A stretch of 64,000 nucleotides of DNA from the NCBI GenBank assembly GCA_963699495.1, contig CAVOUB010000004.1, forward strand, positions 4,865 through 68,864, written 5' to 3'. Positions 21,845 through 30,639 of the stretch are shown in pieces (the first letter of the stretch is position 1; the number at the start of each line of letters is the position of its first letter). The notes beneath the pieces were generated by a model. The model was not told the DNA's origin, made no database searches, and saw only the letters and a list, made by a program, of their open reading frames with translations. The position numbers and the translations under genes were made by a program. Source of the DNA: an uncultured Actinomycetes bacterium. GTDB taxonomy: Bacteria; Actinomycetota; Thermoleophilia; Gaiellales; Gaiellaceae.

Positions 21845-22162
21845 CGTCTTCTCCGGCCATGCCCGGGGTCAGACCCCTGACGTGTCCCCGAGGGACACCG
21901 TGTCCTCGGCCGCCACCTGCGTGGGGTCAGTAACCGTACGTGCTCGTCGCGCCAGACGCGCCACCTGCCGAAGACGCCTTCGGCCACCGCAGCGATGCAG
22001 CGCGTCTTTTCCGGCCGTGCCCGGGGTCAGACCCCTGACGTGTCCCCGAGGGACACCGTGTTGCCCGCCGCCACCTGCGTGGGGTCAGTAGCCGTACGTG
22101 TGCTCGTCGCGCCAGACGCGCCACATGCCGAAGACGCCTGCGGCCACCGCGGCGATGCAGAC
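21845..22162. repeat. tandem duplication, two copies of about 158 bp (21845-22002 and 22003-22162)
   Basis: Direct reading shows near-identical units. Each contains the palindromic element GCCCGGGGTCAGACCCCTGACGTGTCCCCGAGGGACACCG plus the last ~76 bp of the minus-strand gene ending at 22085. Copy 1 carries a 2-nt deletion and a few substitutions. Confidence 0.9.
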
Positions 22163-22453
22163 GACCGTCTCGAGCCCGCTGTTCGGGAACCACGGCGTGA
22201 AGGAAAGGCCCACCGCGGCGACCGAGAGCGCCGCCCCGCCGTAGAACACCGCGCGCGAGCGCCCCGACCACGTGGCGATCTCCCCGCGATGACGCCGCCA
22301 GAGCACGAACAGCACGTACGCGAGCGCCAGGAGGAAGAGAATGTTGAGGAAGCGCACGATCACGACCAGCCCGAAGCCGAGCTGCAGGGCGGTGATCACG
22401 GCCGCGATCAGGACGAGGATCCCGAAACCGCGGAGAGTCGGGCTGATGTTCAT
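22085..22453 (-). CDS. small integral membrane protein (about 4 TM), hypothetical
   Basis: MNISPTLRGFGILVLIAAVITALQLGF... is hydrophobic throughout. Its ATG overlaps the upstream stop as ATGA. Confidence 0.6.
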   Translation of the reverse strand: MNISPTLRGFGILVLIAAVITALQLGFGLVVIVRFLNILFLLALAYVLFVLWRRHRGEIATWSGRSRAVFYGGAALSVAAVGLSFTPWFPNSGLETVVCIAAVAAGVFGMWRVWRDEHTYGY

Positions 22454-22806
22454 ATCCCGGTCATGTAGGCCCGCACGGAGAGCGCGGTCGCGATGAGCGC
22501 CGCCCCCGAAAACCAGGCAAGCCGCTTGGCAGGAACCGGTGGCGCGTAGACCCATGGGGAGAGGACGGCGAGGAGCGCGAGGCCCCCGTAGAGGGGATGG
22601 AGCCGGTCGGGCGAGGAGCTGCCGTCCGAGAGAAGCAGGAGCCCAATCGCAACCTGCGCGATCACGAGCGCCTGGGCGAGCGCCAGCACGTGCGCGTAGA
22701 CACGGCCTGGCGTCCGCTTGCGCCGGAGGTAGACAAGGCCCCAGCCCGCTGCGAGGCCGTTTGCCACGAGGACCAAGACGGCGTTCAACGCATGCAGCTC
22801 GCGCAC
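22450..22806 (-). CDS. small integral membrane protein, hypothetical
   Basis: Only the C-terminal 118 aa of the 343-aa track ORF look coding (TM-rich: LNAVLVLVANGLAAGWGLVYL...). A GTG start at 22806 is inferred. Confidence 0.55.
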   Translation of the reverse strand: MRELHALNAVLVLVANGLAAGWGLVYLRRKRTPGRVYAHVLALAQALVIAQVAIGLLLLSDGSSSPDRLHPLYGGLALLAVLSPWVYAPPVPAKRLAWFSGAALIATALSVRAYMTGI

Positions 22807-22855
22807 CGCTCCCAGCCTACAAGTCGCGCCCCTCACCGCCGGGGTGGACCGCTGC

Positions 22856-23044
22856 TCACCCGCCGGCGCCTCTCCTGGCGAGCTCGACCTCGAGCCTCTC
22901 GATCGCCCGCTCGAGCCGTCCCAGCTCGTCCCGAACGACTTTCCGCCGCGCGCCCAGTTCCTGCAGGATTGCGGCGAGCCGCTCCTCGGGGGCGGACTCG
23001 AGGTTCTCCTCGACCGAAGTCGGAGTCTGTGTGTCCTCGCCCAT
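22856..23044 (-). CDS. small coiled-coil protein, hypothetical
   Basis: 62-aa ORF with a strong GAGGAGGTG 5 nt upstream of its ATG. Acidic N-terminus followed by a heptad-like LGRLERAIERLEVELAR. Confidence 0.5.
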   Translation of the reverse strand: MGEDTQTPTSVEENLESAPEERLAAILQELGARRKVVRDELGRLERAIERLEVELARRGAGG

Positions 23045-23059
23045 GCTGCACCTCCTCGG

Positions 23060-24697
23060 TCAAATCGTCTCCGGGACCATCTCGATGGCGCCGGAAGGGC
23101 ACTCGGCGACGCAGAGGCCGCAGCCCTTGCAGAAGTCGTAGTCGATGGCGTAGCGCTCGCCCGGCTCGCCGAGCTTGATGACCGCGTTGTCGGGGCAGAC
23201 CCCGAAGCAGTTGTCGCAGGAGAAGCAGTTGCCGCAGGAGAGGCAGCGCCGCGCTTCGTAGAGCGCGTTCGACTCGTCGAGCCCGCCGACCACCTCCTCG
23301 AACGTCGACTGCCGGCGAGCGAGCTCGAGCTGCGGTTGCACCGTGCGCGGCGCGTCCGAGTAGTACCAGGTGTTGAGCAGGTCGAAGGAAGCGAGCTCGT
23401 GCTTCGGCGCCGGGCGATACGCGCTGCCGCGCAGCCACGCATCGACATGGCGGGCGGCCTTCTTGCCGTGGCCGGCGGCAACCGTGACGGTCCGTTCCGC
23501 CGGCACCATGTCGCCGCCGGCGAAGATGCCGGGGCAGCCGGTCATCAGGTCGGGGCCGACCTTGACGACTCCGTCCTCGACTTCCAGCCCGGGGACGCCG
23601 TCGAGGAGGGACAGATCGGTCTCCTGGCCCAGCGCGAGCACCAGCGAATCGGCCTCGAGCTCCTCCAGGTCGCCGGTGGGCTGTGGGAAGCCGGTCTCGT
23701 CCAGCTCCATCTTCTCGACCACGAGCTTGCCTCCGTCCGCGCGCTTGATGGTGGAGAGCCACTTCATGAGGACTCCCTCGGCCTCCGCCTCCTCGACCTC
23801 GAGGTCGTGGGCCGGCATGCGCTCGCGCGTGCGGCGGTAGACGACGATCGCTTCCTCGGCACCGAGCCGTTTCGCGGTCCGCGCGGCGTCGATCGCCGTG
23901 TTCCCTCCACCGTAGACGACGACCCGGCGCCCCAGCATCGGCTTGTCCTCACCCTCCATGCTGCGGAGCAGAGAGACCGCGTCGAGGATGTGGGCCGCCG
24001 ATCCGGCGGGGATGTAGGCGCGCTTGCCCAGGTGCGCCCCGACGGCGAGGAAGGCGGCGTCGAAGCCTTCCTCTTGCATCGTCTCCAGGATGCTCGTGAC
24101 CTTCCGGTTCAGCTCGAGGCCGACGCCGAGGTCGACGATCCGCTCGATCTCCGCGTCGAGGACGTCCCTCGGCAGACGGTACTTCGGGATCCCGAAGCGC
24201 ATCATCCCGCCGGGCTTGGGCCCGGCGTCGAAGACGGAGACCTCGTGGCCGAGCCGGGCCAGGTGGTAGGCGGCCGAGAGCCCGGAAGGCCCCGCGCCGA
24301 CCACCAGCACGCGCTTTCCCGTCGGCTCGCCGCGCACGTCCACTCGCCAGCCGCGCTCGATCGCCTCGTCACCGAGGAAGCGCTCGATCGAGTTGATGCC
24401 CACAGCCTCGTCGAGCTGCGCCCGGTTGCAGGCCGTCTCGCAGGGGTGGTAGCAGACCCGTCCCATGACCGCGGGGAACGGATTGTCCTCCATGATCTGG
24501 CGCCAGGCGCGCTCGTAGCCCTCCCCGCCCTCCTCTGCGTCGTAGAGCCACTGCTGGATGTTCTCGCCCGCCGGACAGGCGTGGTTGCAGGGAGGGAGCC
24601 GGTCCACGTACACGGCCCGCTCGGTTCGCCAGCTGCCGGTCTTGTTCGCCAGGCTCGAGCCGACGTCGAGGGTGATCGCGAACGGCTTCTCCTTCAC
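23060..24697 (-). CDS. GltD-like NAD(P)H-dependent FAD oxidoreductase with a C-terminal 2x[4Fe-4S] ferredoxin domain
   Basis: N-terminal Cys cluster (PPCNHACPAGE...CYHPCETACNR), VLVVGAGPSGLSAA and VVVYGGGNTAIDAA Rossmann motifs, then CLSCGNCFSCDNC...CKGCGLCVAECP. GTG 24697 overlaps the beta-subunit stop as GTGA. Confidence 0.9.
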   Translation of the reverse strand: MKEKPFAITLDVGSSLANKTGSWRTERAVYVDRLPPCNHACPAGENIQQWLYDAEEGGEGYERAWRQIMEDNPFPAVMGRVCYHPCETACNRAQLDEAVGINSIERFLGDEAIERGWRVDVRGEPTGKRVLVVGAGPSGLSAAYHLARLGHEVSVFDAGPKPGGMMRFGIPKYRLPRDVLDAEIERIVDLGVGLELNRKVTSILETMQEEGFDAAFLAVGAHLGKRAYIPAGSAAHILDAVSLLRSMEGEDKPMLGRRVVVYGGGNTAIDAARTAKRLGAEEAIVVYRRTRERMPAHDLEVEEAEAEGVLMKWLSTIKRADGGKLVVEKMELDETGFPQPTGDLEELEADSLVLALGQETDLSLLDGVPGLEVEDGVVKVGPDLMTGCPGIFAGGDMVPAERTVTVAAGHGKKAARHVDAWLRGSAYRPAPKHELASFDLLNTWYYSDAPRTVQPQLELARRQSTFEEVVGGLDESNALYEARRCLSCGNCFSCDNCFGVCPDNAVIKLGEPGERYAIDYDFCKGCGLCVAECPSGAIEMVPETI

Positions 24698-25749
24698 TGC
24701 GGCCCCCGATCGGTCTCGGCGAGGAGGCGCATGAGCCCGCCGTCCTCCTGCGCGGGCTCGTCCGGCAGGAGGCCGAAGCGCCGGATGTTGCGGTCGGCGC
24801 CCGCCTGGATCCGCTCGACGATCTCCGTCCGGGGCGGGTCCGCGAAGAGGTGGGCAAAGCGCTTCTGGGGCCGCAGGTACTCCTCGACGGGGACGCGCCG
24901 CCGGATCTTCGAGACGCTCACGACCTCGCCGTGCTCCGCCTCGAAGACCGGGAAGAGACCCGTCTCCTTGGCCAGCCGGGCGATCTTGATCGTGTCCTTG
25001 GAGGCCGAGCCCCATCCGAGCGGACACGGCACGAAGATGTGCACGTAGCGCGCGCCGCGAAACTCCATCGCACGCTCGATCTTCGCCTCCAGGTCGCGCA
25101 GCTCGGCCACGGTCGCCGTGGCGACGTACGGGATCTCGTGTGCCATGGCGATCAGGGGGGCGTTCTTGCCCTGGCCGAAGACGTTTCCCGGCTCCTCGCC
25201 GACCGGCTTCGTGTTCGCCGTGCGCGCTGCGGGCGGTGTGGCGCTCGAACGCTGCACACCCGTGTTCATGTAGGCCTCGTTGTCGTAGCAGATGAAGAGC
25301 ACGTCGTCGTTTCGCTCGAACATCCCGGAGAGACAGGCGAAGCCGATGTCGAGCGTGCCGCCGTCGCCGCCCTGGCCGACGACCCTCACGTCGGTGCGGC
25401 CCTTCGCCTTCAGCCCTGCGGCGATCCCGGCCGCGAGGGCGGGCGCATTCCCGAAGAGCGAGTGAATCCAGGGAAGCTGCCAGGACGATTCCGGGTAGGG
25501 CGTGGAGAAGACCTCGAGGCATCCGGTCGCATTGGCCGCGATGAGCTGCCCGCCGGTCGCCCGCATGGCGGCGTCCAGGGCGTAGCGCGCCCCCAGGGCC
25601 TCGCCGCAGCCCTGGCACGCCCGGTGACCGGAGGTGAGGCTGTTCGAGCGCTCCATGCGCGCCTGCACCGAGCGCTCGTCGGGGCGAAGCAGACGGTTGC
25701 CGGCCACGAAGCTTCCCACTTGGTAGAACTTGATCTGCTGGTGCGGCAT
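24694..25749 (-). CDS. 2-oxoacid:ferredoxin oxidoreductase beta subunit (TPP-binding)
   Basis: GHRACQGCG, GGDGGTLDIGF, DNEAYMNTGVQ motifs. Confidence 0.9.
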   Translation of the reverse strand: MPHQQIKFYQVGSFVAGNRLLRPDERSVQARMERSNSLTSGHRACQGCGEALGARYALDAAMRATGGQLIAANATGCLEVFSTPYPESSWQLPWIHSLFGNAPALAAGIAAGLKAKGRTDVRVVGQGGDGGTLDIGFACLSGMFERNDDVLFICYDNEAYMNTGVQRSSATPPAARTANTKPVGEEPGNVFGQGKNAPLIAMAHEIPYVATATVAELRDLEAKIERAMEFRGARYVHIFVPCPLGWGSASKDTIKIARLAKETGLFPVFEAEHGEVVSVSKIRRRVPVEEYLRPQKRFAHLFADPPRTEIVERIQAGADRNIRRFGLLPDEPAQEDGGLMRLLAETDRGPQ

Positions 25750-25758
25750 CGTCAGCTC

Positions 25759-27018
25759 CTAGTTGGGGCCGGCCGCCACGACACCGATGTCACGCAGGAT
25801 GTTCTCGGCGTGCGGCCCTGAACGGCGCTTCTCCTCGGTACGCCGAAGCTCCCGCTCGACGAGGCCCCAGTTCAGGTCGAGGAAGGTGAGCCGACCGGGC
25901 TCGAGGCGGTCGTGGAGCACGTCGGCGAGAAGCGCGTGGAGCGACTGCTTGGTGATCGGACGGCCGCCGAGCCCGGCGACGACGTCGTAGACGGGCGCGG
26001 GCAGGCCCGACAGGGCGAGCCGCACGTTCTGGCCGACGATGCCGCCGAGGCCGACCGCGAACGCCTTCTCGAGCACGACGATCCGCCGGGCGTGGCAGAG
26101 AGCCTGGCGAACCTCCTCGAGCGGGTACGGACGGAAGGTCTTGATGCCGACGGCGCCGATCTTCGTTCCCTGCTCGCGCAGCTCGTCGACGACGTCCTCG
26201 ATCGTCCCGAGCACGGACCCAAGCGCCACCACGATGGTCTCGGCGTCGGCGCTGCGGTACGGCCGGATGAGCCCGCCGGAGTTCCGCCCGAAGGCCTGGG
26301 CGAACTCCCCGGCGATCTCCGGGATCACGTCGAGCGCCTGCATCTGCGCGGCGTGCATGAGGTACTTGACCTCCGTGAACGCCTCGGGCCCGACCATGGC
26401 CCCGATCGTCACCGGATCGGCGGGGTCGAGAACCTGCCGGGGCTCGAACGGCGGCAGGAACGAATCGACCTGCTCCTGCGTCGGCAGGTCGACGCTCTCG
26501 TAGGCGTGCGTGAGGATGAAGCCGTCCATGCAGACCATGACCGGGAGGGAGATCTCCTCGGCGAGCTTGAACGCCTGGACGTGCAGGTCGACAGCCTCCT
26601 GATTGGTCTCGGCGTAGAGCTGGAGCCAGCCGGAATCCCGCTGGGACATCGAGTCGCTGTGGTCGTTCCAGATATTGATCGGGGCGCCGATCGCTCGATT
26701 GGCCACCGTCATCACGATCGGCAGGCCGAGGCCCGAAGCGTTGTACAGCGCCTCTGCCATGTAGAGGAGGCCCTGGCTGGCCGTGGCGGTGTAGGCACGG
26801 GCCCCGACGGCGGAGGCGCCGATCGCGGCCGACAACGCCGCGAACTCCGACTCGACCATGAGGTACTCGCACGGTGCGAGCTCACCGGTCCGGACCAGAT
26901 CCGAGAGGCCTTCGACGATGTGCGTCTGCGGCGAGATCGGATAGGCGGAGATCACCTCGGGACGGCAGAGCGCGACCGCCGCGGCGACGGCCTGGGAGCC
27001 CTCGATCTGCCTACGCAC
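25759..27018 (-). CDS. 2-oxoacid:ferredoxin oxidoreductase alpha subunit
   Basis: IEGSQAVAAAVALCRPEVISAYPISPQT...TATASQGLLYM pattern. A GTG start at 27018 is inferred. Confidence 0.9.
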   Translation of the reverse strand: MRRQIEGSQAVAAAVALCRPEVISAYPISPQTHIVEGLSDLVRTGELAPCEYLMVESEFAALSAAIGASAVGARAYTATASQGLLYMAEALYNASGLGLPIVMTVANRAIGAPINIWNDHSDSMSQRDSGWLQLYAETNQEAVDLHVQAFKLAEEISLPVMVCMDGFILTHAYESVDLPTQEQVDSFLPPFEPRQVLDPADPVTIGAMVGPEAFTEVKYLMHAAQMQALDVIPEIAGEFAQAFGRNSGGLIRPYRSADAETIVVALGSVLGTIEDVVDELREQGTKIGAVGIKTFRPYPLEEVRQALCHARRIVVLEKAFAVGLGGIVGQNVRLALSGLPAPVYDVVAGLGGRPITKQSLHALLADVLHDRLEPGRLTFLDLNWGLVERELRRTEEKRRSGPHAENILRDIGVVAAGPN

Positions 27019-27592
27019 GCGACAGCTCCCTGATCTCGTCCTGCACGAAGGCGTAGGCGGCCTCGGCGGCCGCGACGTTGGCAGCACCTACGCTCCCCGC
27101 AAACTTCTCGCGAATGGCGGCGGCGACGGACGCCAGCGAGATGACGCCGCTGACCGCCGAGAAGGCCCCGAGCAAGGCGGCGTTCGGCAGGGGGCGCCCC
27201 AGCCGCTCGCGGGCGATGTCCGTCGCGGGCACGGTCAGCAGGCGTTCCTTCCGGAAGCTCTCGACGAACTCGCCCAGCCCGAGCTCGGAGAAGCTATGCA
27301 CGGAGTTGATGACGAGGTAGCCGTCAGGCTTGAGGCCGGCGAAGAGGTCGACCTGGTGCAGCAGCGTGGGATCCTGGACGATCAAGGCGTCGGGCTCGGT
27401 GATCGGCTCGCGGACCCGGATCTCGGCATCGTCGATGCGGCAGAACGCGACGACCGGAGCACCGGTGCGCTCCGAGCCGAAGGTCGGAAACGCCTGAGCG
27501 TGTCGGCCCTCGCTGAACGCGGCGACCGAGAGGAGCTCCGCTGCGGTGACAACACCCTGACCACCGCGACCGTGGATGCGCACCTGGAACAT
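27011..27592 (-). CDS. 2-oxoacid:ferredoxin oxidoreductase gamma subunit
   Basis: MFQVRIHGRGGQGVVTAAELLS...FGSERTGAPV pattern. Confidence 0.9.
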   Translation of the reverse strand: MFQVRIHGRGGQGVVTAAELLSVAAFSEGRHAQAFPTFGSERTGAPVVAFCRIDDAEIRVREPITEPDALIVQDPTLLHQVDLFAGLKPDGYLVINSVHSFSELGLGEFVESFRKERLLTVPATDIARERLGRPLPNAALLGAFSAVSGVISLASVAAAIREKFAGSVGAANVAAAEAAYAFVQDEIRELSRA

Positions 27593-27699
27593 TGGTGCTC
27601 ATCGTCGCTTCAGGAGACGCCGGCGCCGTCGGGGACATCCCCGTTCAGGTTTCGGGTTTCCCGCAATGTTGCTCCTCCGGCAACTCCCGGACACCTCCT

Positions 27700-28185
27700 T
27701 CAGCGGAGCGAGACCGCCACCTGCTCCAGGAGGTCCATCGCGTCCTGCATGCCGTCCTCCATCCCGGAGCTGATATGTGCGTCACGGTCCTCCTTGCTCG
27801 TGTGCTGCACGAGGAGGGTGAGAATCGTGCGCCCCTCCACTTCGGTGAACGTCAGGGTGTCCACCGCTTCCCCATCGGGCATGGCCTCGTAGACCTCGGT
27901 CGAGACGATCCGCTCGTCGGGGACGATCTCGAGATACTCGCCGTGGAAGGCGACCTCGAAGCCGCCGTTCGCGATCATCACGTACCGCCAAACGCCGCCG
28001 ACCCGCAGGTCGATCTCGGCGACCGTCATCTCACCCCGGTTCGCGTGCCACCAGCGCCTGACCAGCTCGGGCGTCGTCCACGCCTTGTACACCAGGTGCT
28101 TGGGCGCGTCGAACTCCCGCGTGATGAGGATCTGCTCATCGGTGGGAAGCGTCACCGTCGCCGTCCCGCTACTCATCATTGCCAC
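27700..28185 (-). CDS. SRPBCC-superfamily (AHSA1/START-like) protein
   Basis: ITREFDAPKHLVYKAWTTPELVRRWW... is a typical Aha1-domain start. It is paired with the upstream ArsR gene. Confidence 0.85.
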   Translation of the reverse strand: MAMMSSGTATVTLPTDEQILITREFDAPKHLVYKAWTTPELVRRWWHANRGEMTVAEIDLRVGGVWRYVMIANGGFEVAFHGEYLEIVPDERIVSTEVYEAMPDGEAVDTLTFTEVEGRTILTLLVQHTSKEDRDAHISSGMEDGMQDAMDLLEQVAVSLR

Positions 28186-28534
28186 CAGCTCCTTCCTCGT
28201 CCTGCTTGAGTTCGTCCAACACGACGTCCAGCCGGTCGAACCGCTCCGACCACGAGCGCTCGTAGGTCTTCACCCAGTCGTGGATGGGCTTGAGCGCGTG
28301 GCCGTTCAGCCGGTAGAGCCGCTGCCGTCCTTCCTCGCGCACGTCAACCACTCCCACCTCTCGGAGCACCCGCAGGTGCTTGGACACCTGCGGTTGAGCC
28401 AGGCCGAGCAGCGTGACGAGGTCGTTCACCGGGCGCTCTCCGTCGCCGAGGACGTCCAGAATCTGTCGCCGCCGGGGCTCGGCCACCGCGTTGAACGCGT
28501 CCGCTGTCGTCGCTGCCCGTGCCATGAGAGCCAT
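28169..28534 (-). CDS. ArsR/SmtB-family transcriptional regulator
   Basis: FNAVAEPRRRQILDVLGDGERPVNDLVTLLGLAQPQVSKHLRVLREVGVV winged-HTH. ATG 28534 is chosen; the track ORF starts at 28690. Confidence 0.85.
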   Translation of the reverse strand: MALMARAATTADAFNAVAEPRRRQILDVLGDGERPVNDLVTLLGLAQPQVSKHLRVLREVGVVDVREEGRQRLYRLNGHALKPIHDWVKTYERSWSERFDRLDVVLDELKQDEEGAGGNDE

Positions 28535-28542
28535 CGTATACC

Positions 28543-28556
28543 CATATAGGAATATG
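28543..28556. promoter_or_regulatory. AT-rich inverted repeat CATATaggaATATG between the divergent arsR-like and bcp genes; candidate operator/-10 region
   Basis: A perfect 5-4-5 inverted repeat, read directly, 9 nt upstream of the ArsR start in otherwise GC-rich DNA. Confidence 0.3.
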
Positions 28557-28628
28557 TCAACCTCGATACGCTCCCGCTTCAGCGATCGACACGGAAAGCG
28601 GTCGTCGACGGACGAGGAGGAACGAAAA

Positions 28629-29084
28629 TTGGTCACGGAAGGTGAGCCGGCACCCGACTTCACCTTGCGAGCGGACACGGGCGAGGACATAACGCTCTCG
28701 GGCCTGCGCGGCCGCCTCGTCGTCCTCTACTTCTACCCCCGCGACGACACGCCAGGCTGCACGAAGCAGGCCTGCAGCTTCCGGGACGCGTACGGCGAGT
28801 TCGAGGAGCGCGGCGCCACGATCCTCGGGGTGAGCCCCGACACCGAGACCGCGCACGTCAAGTTCAAGGAGAAGTACGGGCTGCCTTTCACGCTCCTCGC
28901 CGACCCCGAGCACGAAGTAGCCGACCGGTACGGCGTCTGGGTCGAGAAGAACCTGTACGGCAAGAAGTCCATGGGGATCAAGCGCTCCACGTTCGTCATC
29001 GACGCGGACGGCAACGTCGCGAAGGCGATGCTGGGCGTGAGCCCCGAGGGCCACGCCGACGCGGTGCTTTCAGTCCTGCCCTAG
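28629..29084 (+). CDS. bcp: thioredoxin-dependent peroxiredoxin Bcp (PrxQ type)
   Basis: GEPAPDFTL...YFYPRDDTPGCTKQAC motif. TTG 28629 lies 9 nt after GAGGAGG; ATG 28554 is an alternative start. Confidence 0.9.
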   Translation: MVTEGEPAPDFTLRADTGEDITLSGLRGRLVVLYFYPRDDTPGCTKQACSFRDAYGEFEERGATILGVSPDTETAHVKFKEKYGLPFTLLADPEHEVADRYGVWVEKNLYGKKSMGIKRSTFVIDADGNVAKAMLGVSPEGHADAVLSVLP

Positions 29085-29090
29085 CTGGAG

Positions 29091-30053
29091 CTACAGGACT
29101 GCGAGGGCGAGGCGCCTTCCGCCGTGCCAGAGCGCGGCGAAGACGAGCACTGCGGCGCCGGCGAGGATCAGGAGCGCCTGCGCGCCGACCGCGAAGGAGA
29201 CGGCGTTGGCGGTTCCGACTCCGCTCGCGACGAGGATTGCGGCGCCGGCGCCGGCCTGGGTCGCAGCTCCGGCCGGTGCGATCGGGAGGGCTCCCGACGC
29301 GGCTGCGGCGCAGAGGAACGCGATCGCGAGCGGCAGCGAGAGGGCGACGCCGAGCCCGTGGAGGAGGAGGAAGAGCCCGAACGCCCGCGTCAGCCACGAG
29401 GCGAGCACGAGCACCCAGGCCTGCCAGGCGTCCCGTGGCGCGATCACCCGCTCGCCGAGCCAGCGGGCGATGCGGAAACGGATGAGGCGTCCACTCGCGG
29501 TCAGGCGTGGCAGCAAGGCGATCACGATCGCGGCCCCGAAGCCGGCGAACGCAACGACGCCCAGCGCCGCCCGAACTCCGCCGGAGGCTTCCGACGTGGC
29601 GGCGGCCGTCCCTGCGAGCGGCATCAGCGCCGCCGTGTCGATCAGCCCGAGCATGAAGAGCGAAAGGCAGACGGGGCCCACCCCCGCGCGCCCGTTGGTG
29701 GCGCGGCGGACGACCGCGACCCGGACCACGTCGTCGAACCGTCCGGGAAGGGCGGCGCCCGTCACGGAAGCAGCGCCGCACGCGGCGCCGAGGTCCAGCG
29801 GCCTCGGGCGCTCGTGCGGCGCGAACAGCCGGTGCCACCCGAAGGCCTTGAAGGCATAGGCGAGCAGGAAGAGGGCGCCGGCTGCGCCGACGAGGCCGGC
29901 GTCGGCACCGGCAAAGGGCCACCCGATGCCCGCGAAATGACGAGCCGCGAGCACCGAGACGGTGAGCGCGAAGGCACCGACGCCGAGGTTCAGCGCCAGC
30001 CTCCCCTTCGGGGACCGGCAGACGTCGTAAAGCCCTCTCATCGAGTGTCTCAT
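29091..30053 (-). CDS. polytopic membrane protein, lysyl-PG-synthase TM-region-like (UPF0104/flippase-like)
   Basis: Eight or so hydrophobic segments with a Gly/Ala-rich C-terminal half. The start among ATG 30053/30041/30164 is uncertain. Confidence 0.6.
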   Translation of the reverse strand: MRHSMRGLYDVCRSPKGRLALNLGVGAFALTVSVLAARHFAGIGWPFAGADAGLVGAAGALFLLAYAFKAFGWHRLFAPHERPRPLDLGAACGAASVTGAALPGRFDDVVRVAVVRRATNGRAGVGPVCLSLFMLGLIDTAALMPLAGTAAATSEASGGVRAALGVVAFAGFGAAIVIALLPRLTASGRLIRFRIARWLGERVIAPRDAWQAWVLVLASWLTRAFGLFLLLHGLGVALSLPLAIAFLCAAAASGALPIAPAGAATQAGAGAAILVASGVGTANAVSFAVGAQALLILAGAAVLVFAALWHGGRRLALAVL

Positions 30054-30203
30054 CGGCCAAGGGAGGAACGGTCTCAACCCGCATACGGGGTACGTCCAGG
30101 CGTCCCCGATGAGGCGAAGACTGGGCGGGCGCCCGTTCCCCGTTGGAGGGATTGTACGGATCACCGCCGGCTCCTACCGTTCGAACCGGAAAGGAGTCGC
30201 AGC

Positions 30204-30560
30204 ATGGCCCAGACCGCAAGCCATGCGGCCGAGCACGATCGGTACGAGGTGCACGAGGTTCTCGCAGGAGAGCCTGCGCTCGACCTTGGCCTCCGCTACG
30301 AGACGACCGACTTCGGCGGCGCCGTCGACTTCGCCTTCGACTATCTGGAACGGCGGGATCCGGGCCGCCAGGGCGTGGTCAGCGCACTCGAGATCGTCCG
30401 CGTCTCGGGCTCGAGGCGGGAGACCGTGTGGACGTACAGTCACGCACAGTCCCGCAGCATCGCAAGAGACCTCGTCGGCGTCTGGGGCTTCCATCCGAGC
30501 CGCGGCTGGAGCAGCCCCTACAGGACGCCGCCCAAGCCGACGCCGGCCCGCAACTACTAA
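30204..30560 (+). CDS. hypothetical protein (118 aa)
   Basis: ATG 30204 is preceded by GGAAAGGAG. Only the last 118 aa of a 478-aa track ORF look coding. No recognisable motif. Confidence 0.55.
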   Translation: MAQTASHAAEHDRYEVHEVLAGEPALDLGLRYETTDFGGAVDFAFDYLERRDPGRQGVVSALEIVRVSGSRRETVWTYSHAQSRSIARDLVGVWGFHPSRGWSSPYRTPPKPTPARNY

Positions 30561-30585
30561 TTTCCCGCCATCGAGTTCCCTGGGA

Positions 30586-30595
30586 GACTATAGTC
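30586..30595. promoter_or_regulatory. perfect 10-bp palindrome GACTATAGTC (contains a -10-like TATAGT) upstream of the XRE-fusion gene
   Basis: Read directly. It lies 45 nt upstream of ATG 30640 and is a candidate operator/promoter for the HTH protein. Confidence 0.3.
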
Positions 30596-30639
30596 GCCTA
30601 GAGGTCGAGGCCGGCGTTGGCTATCGTGATCGGGGCCGT

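Noticed and set aside
21003-21860. 285-aa minus-strand ORF opposite chdC
   Set aside because: It is antisense to a gene with clear HemQ/ChdC motifs, and its composition is Arg/Ala/Gly-rich.
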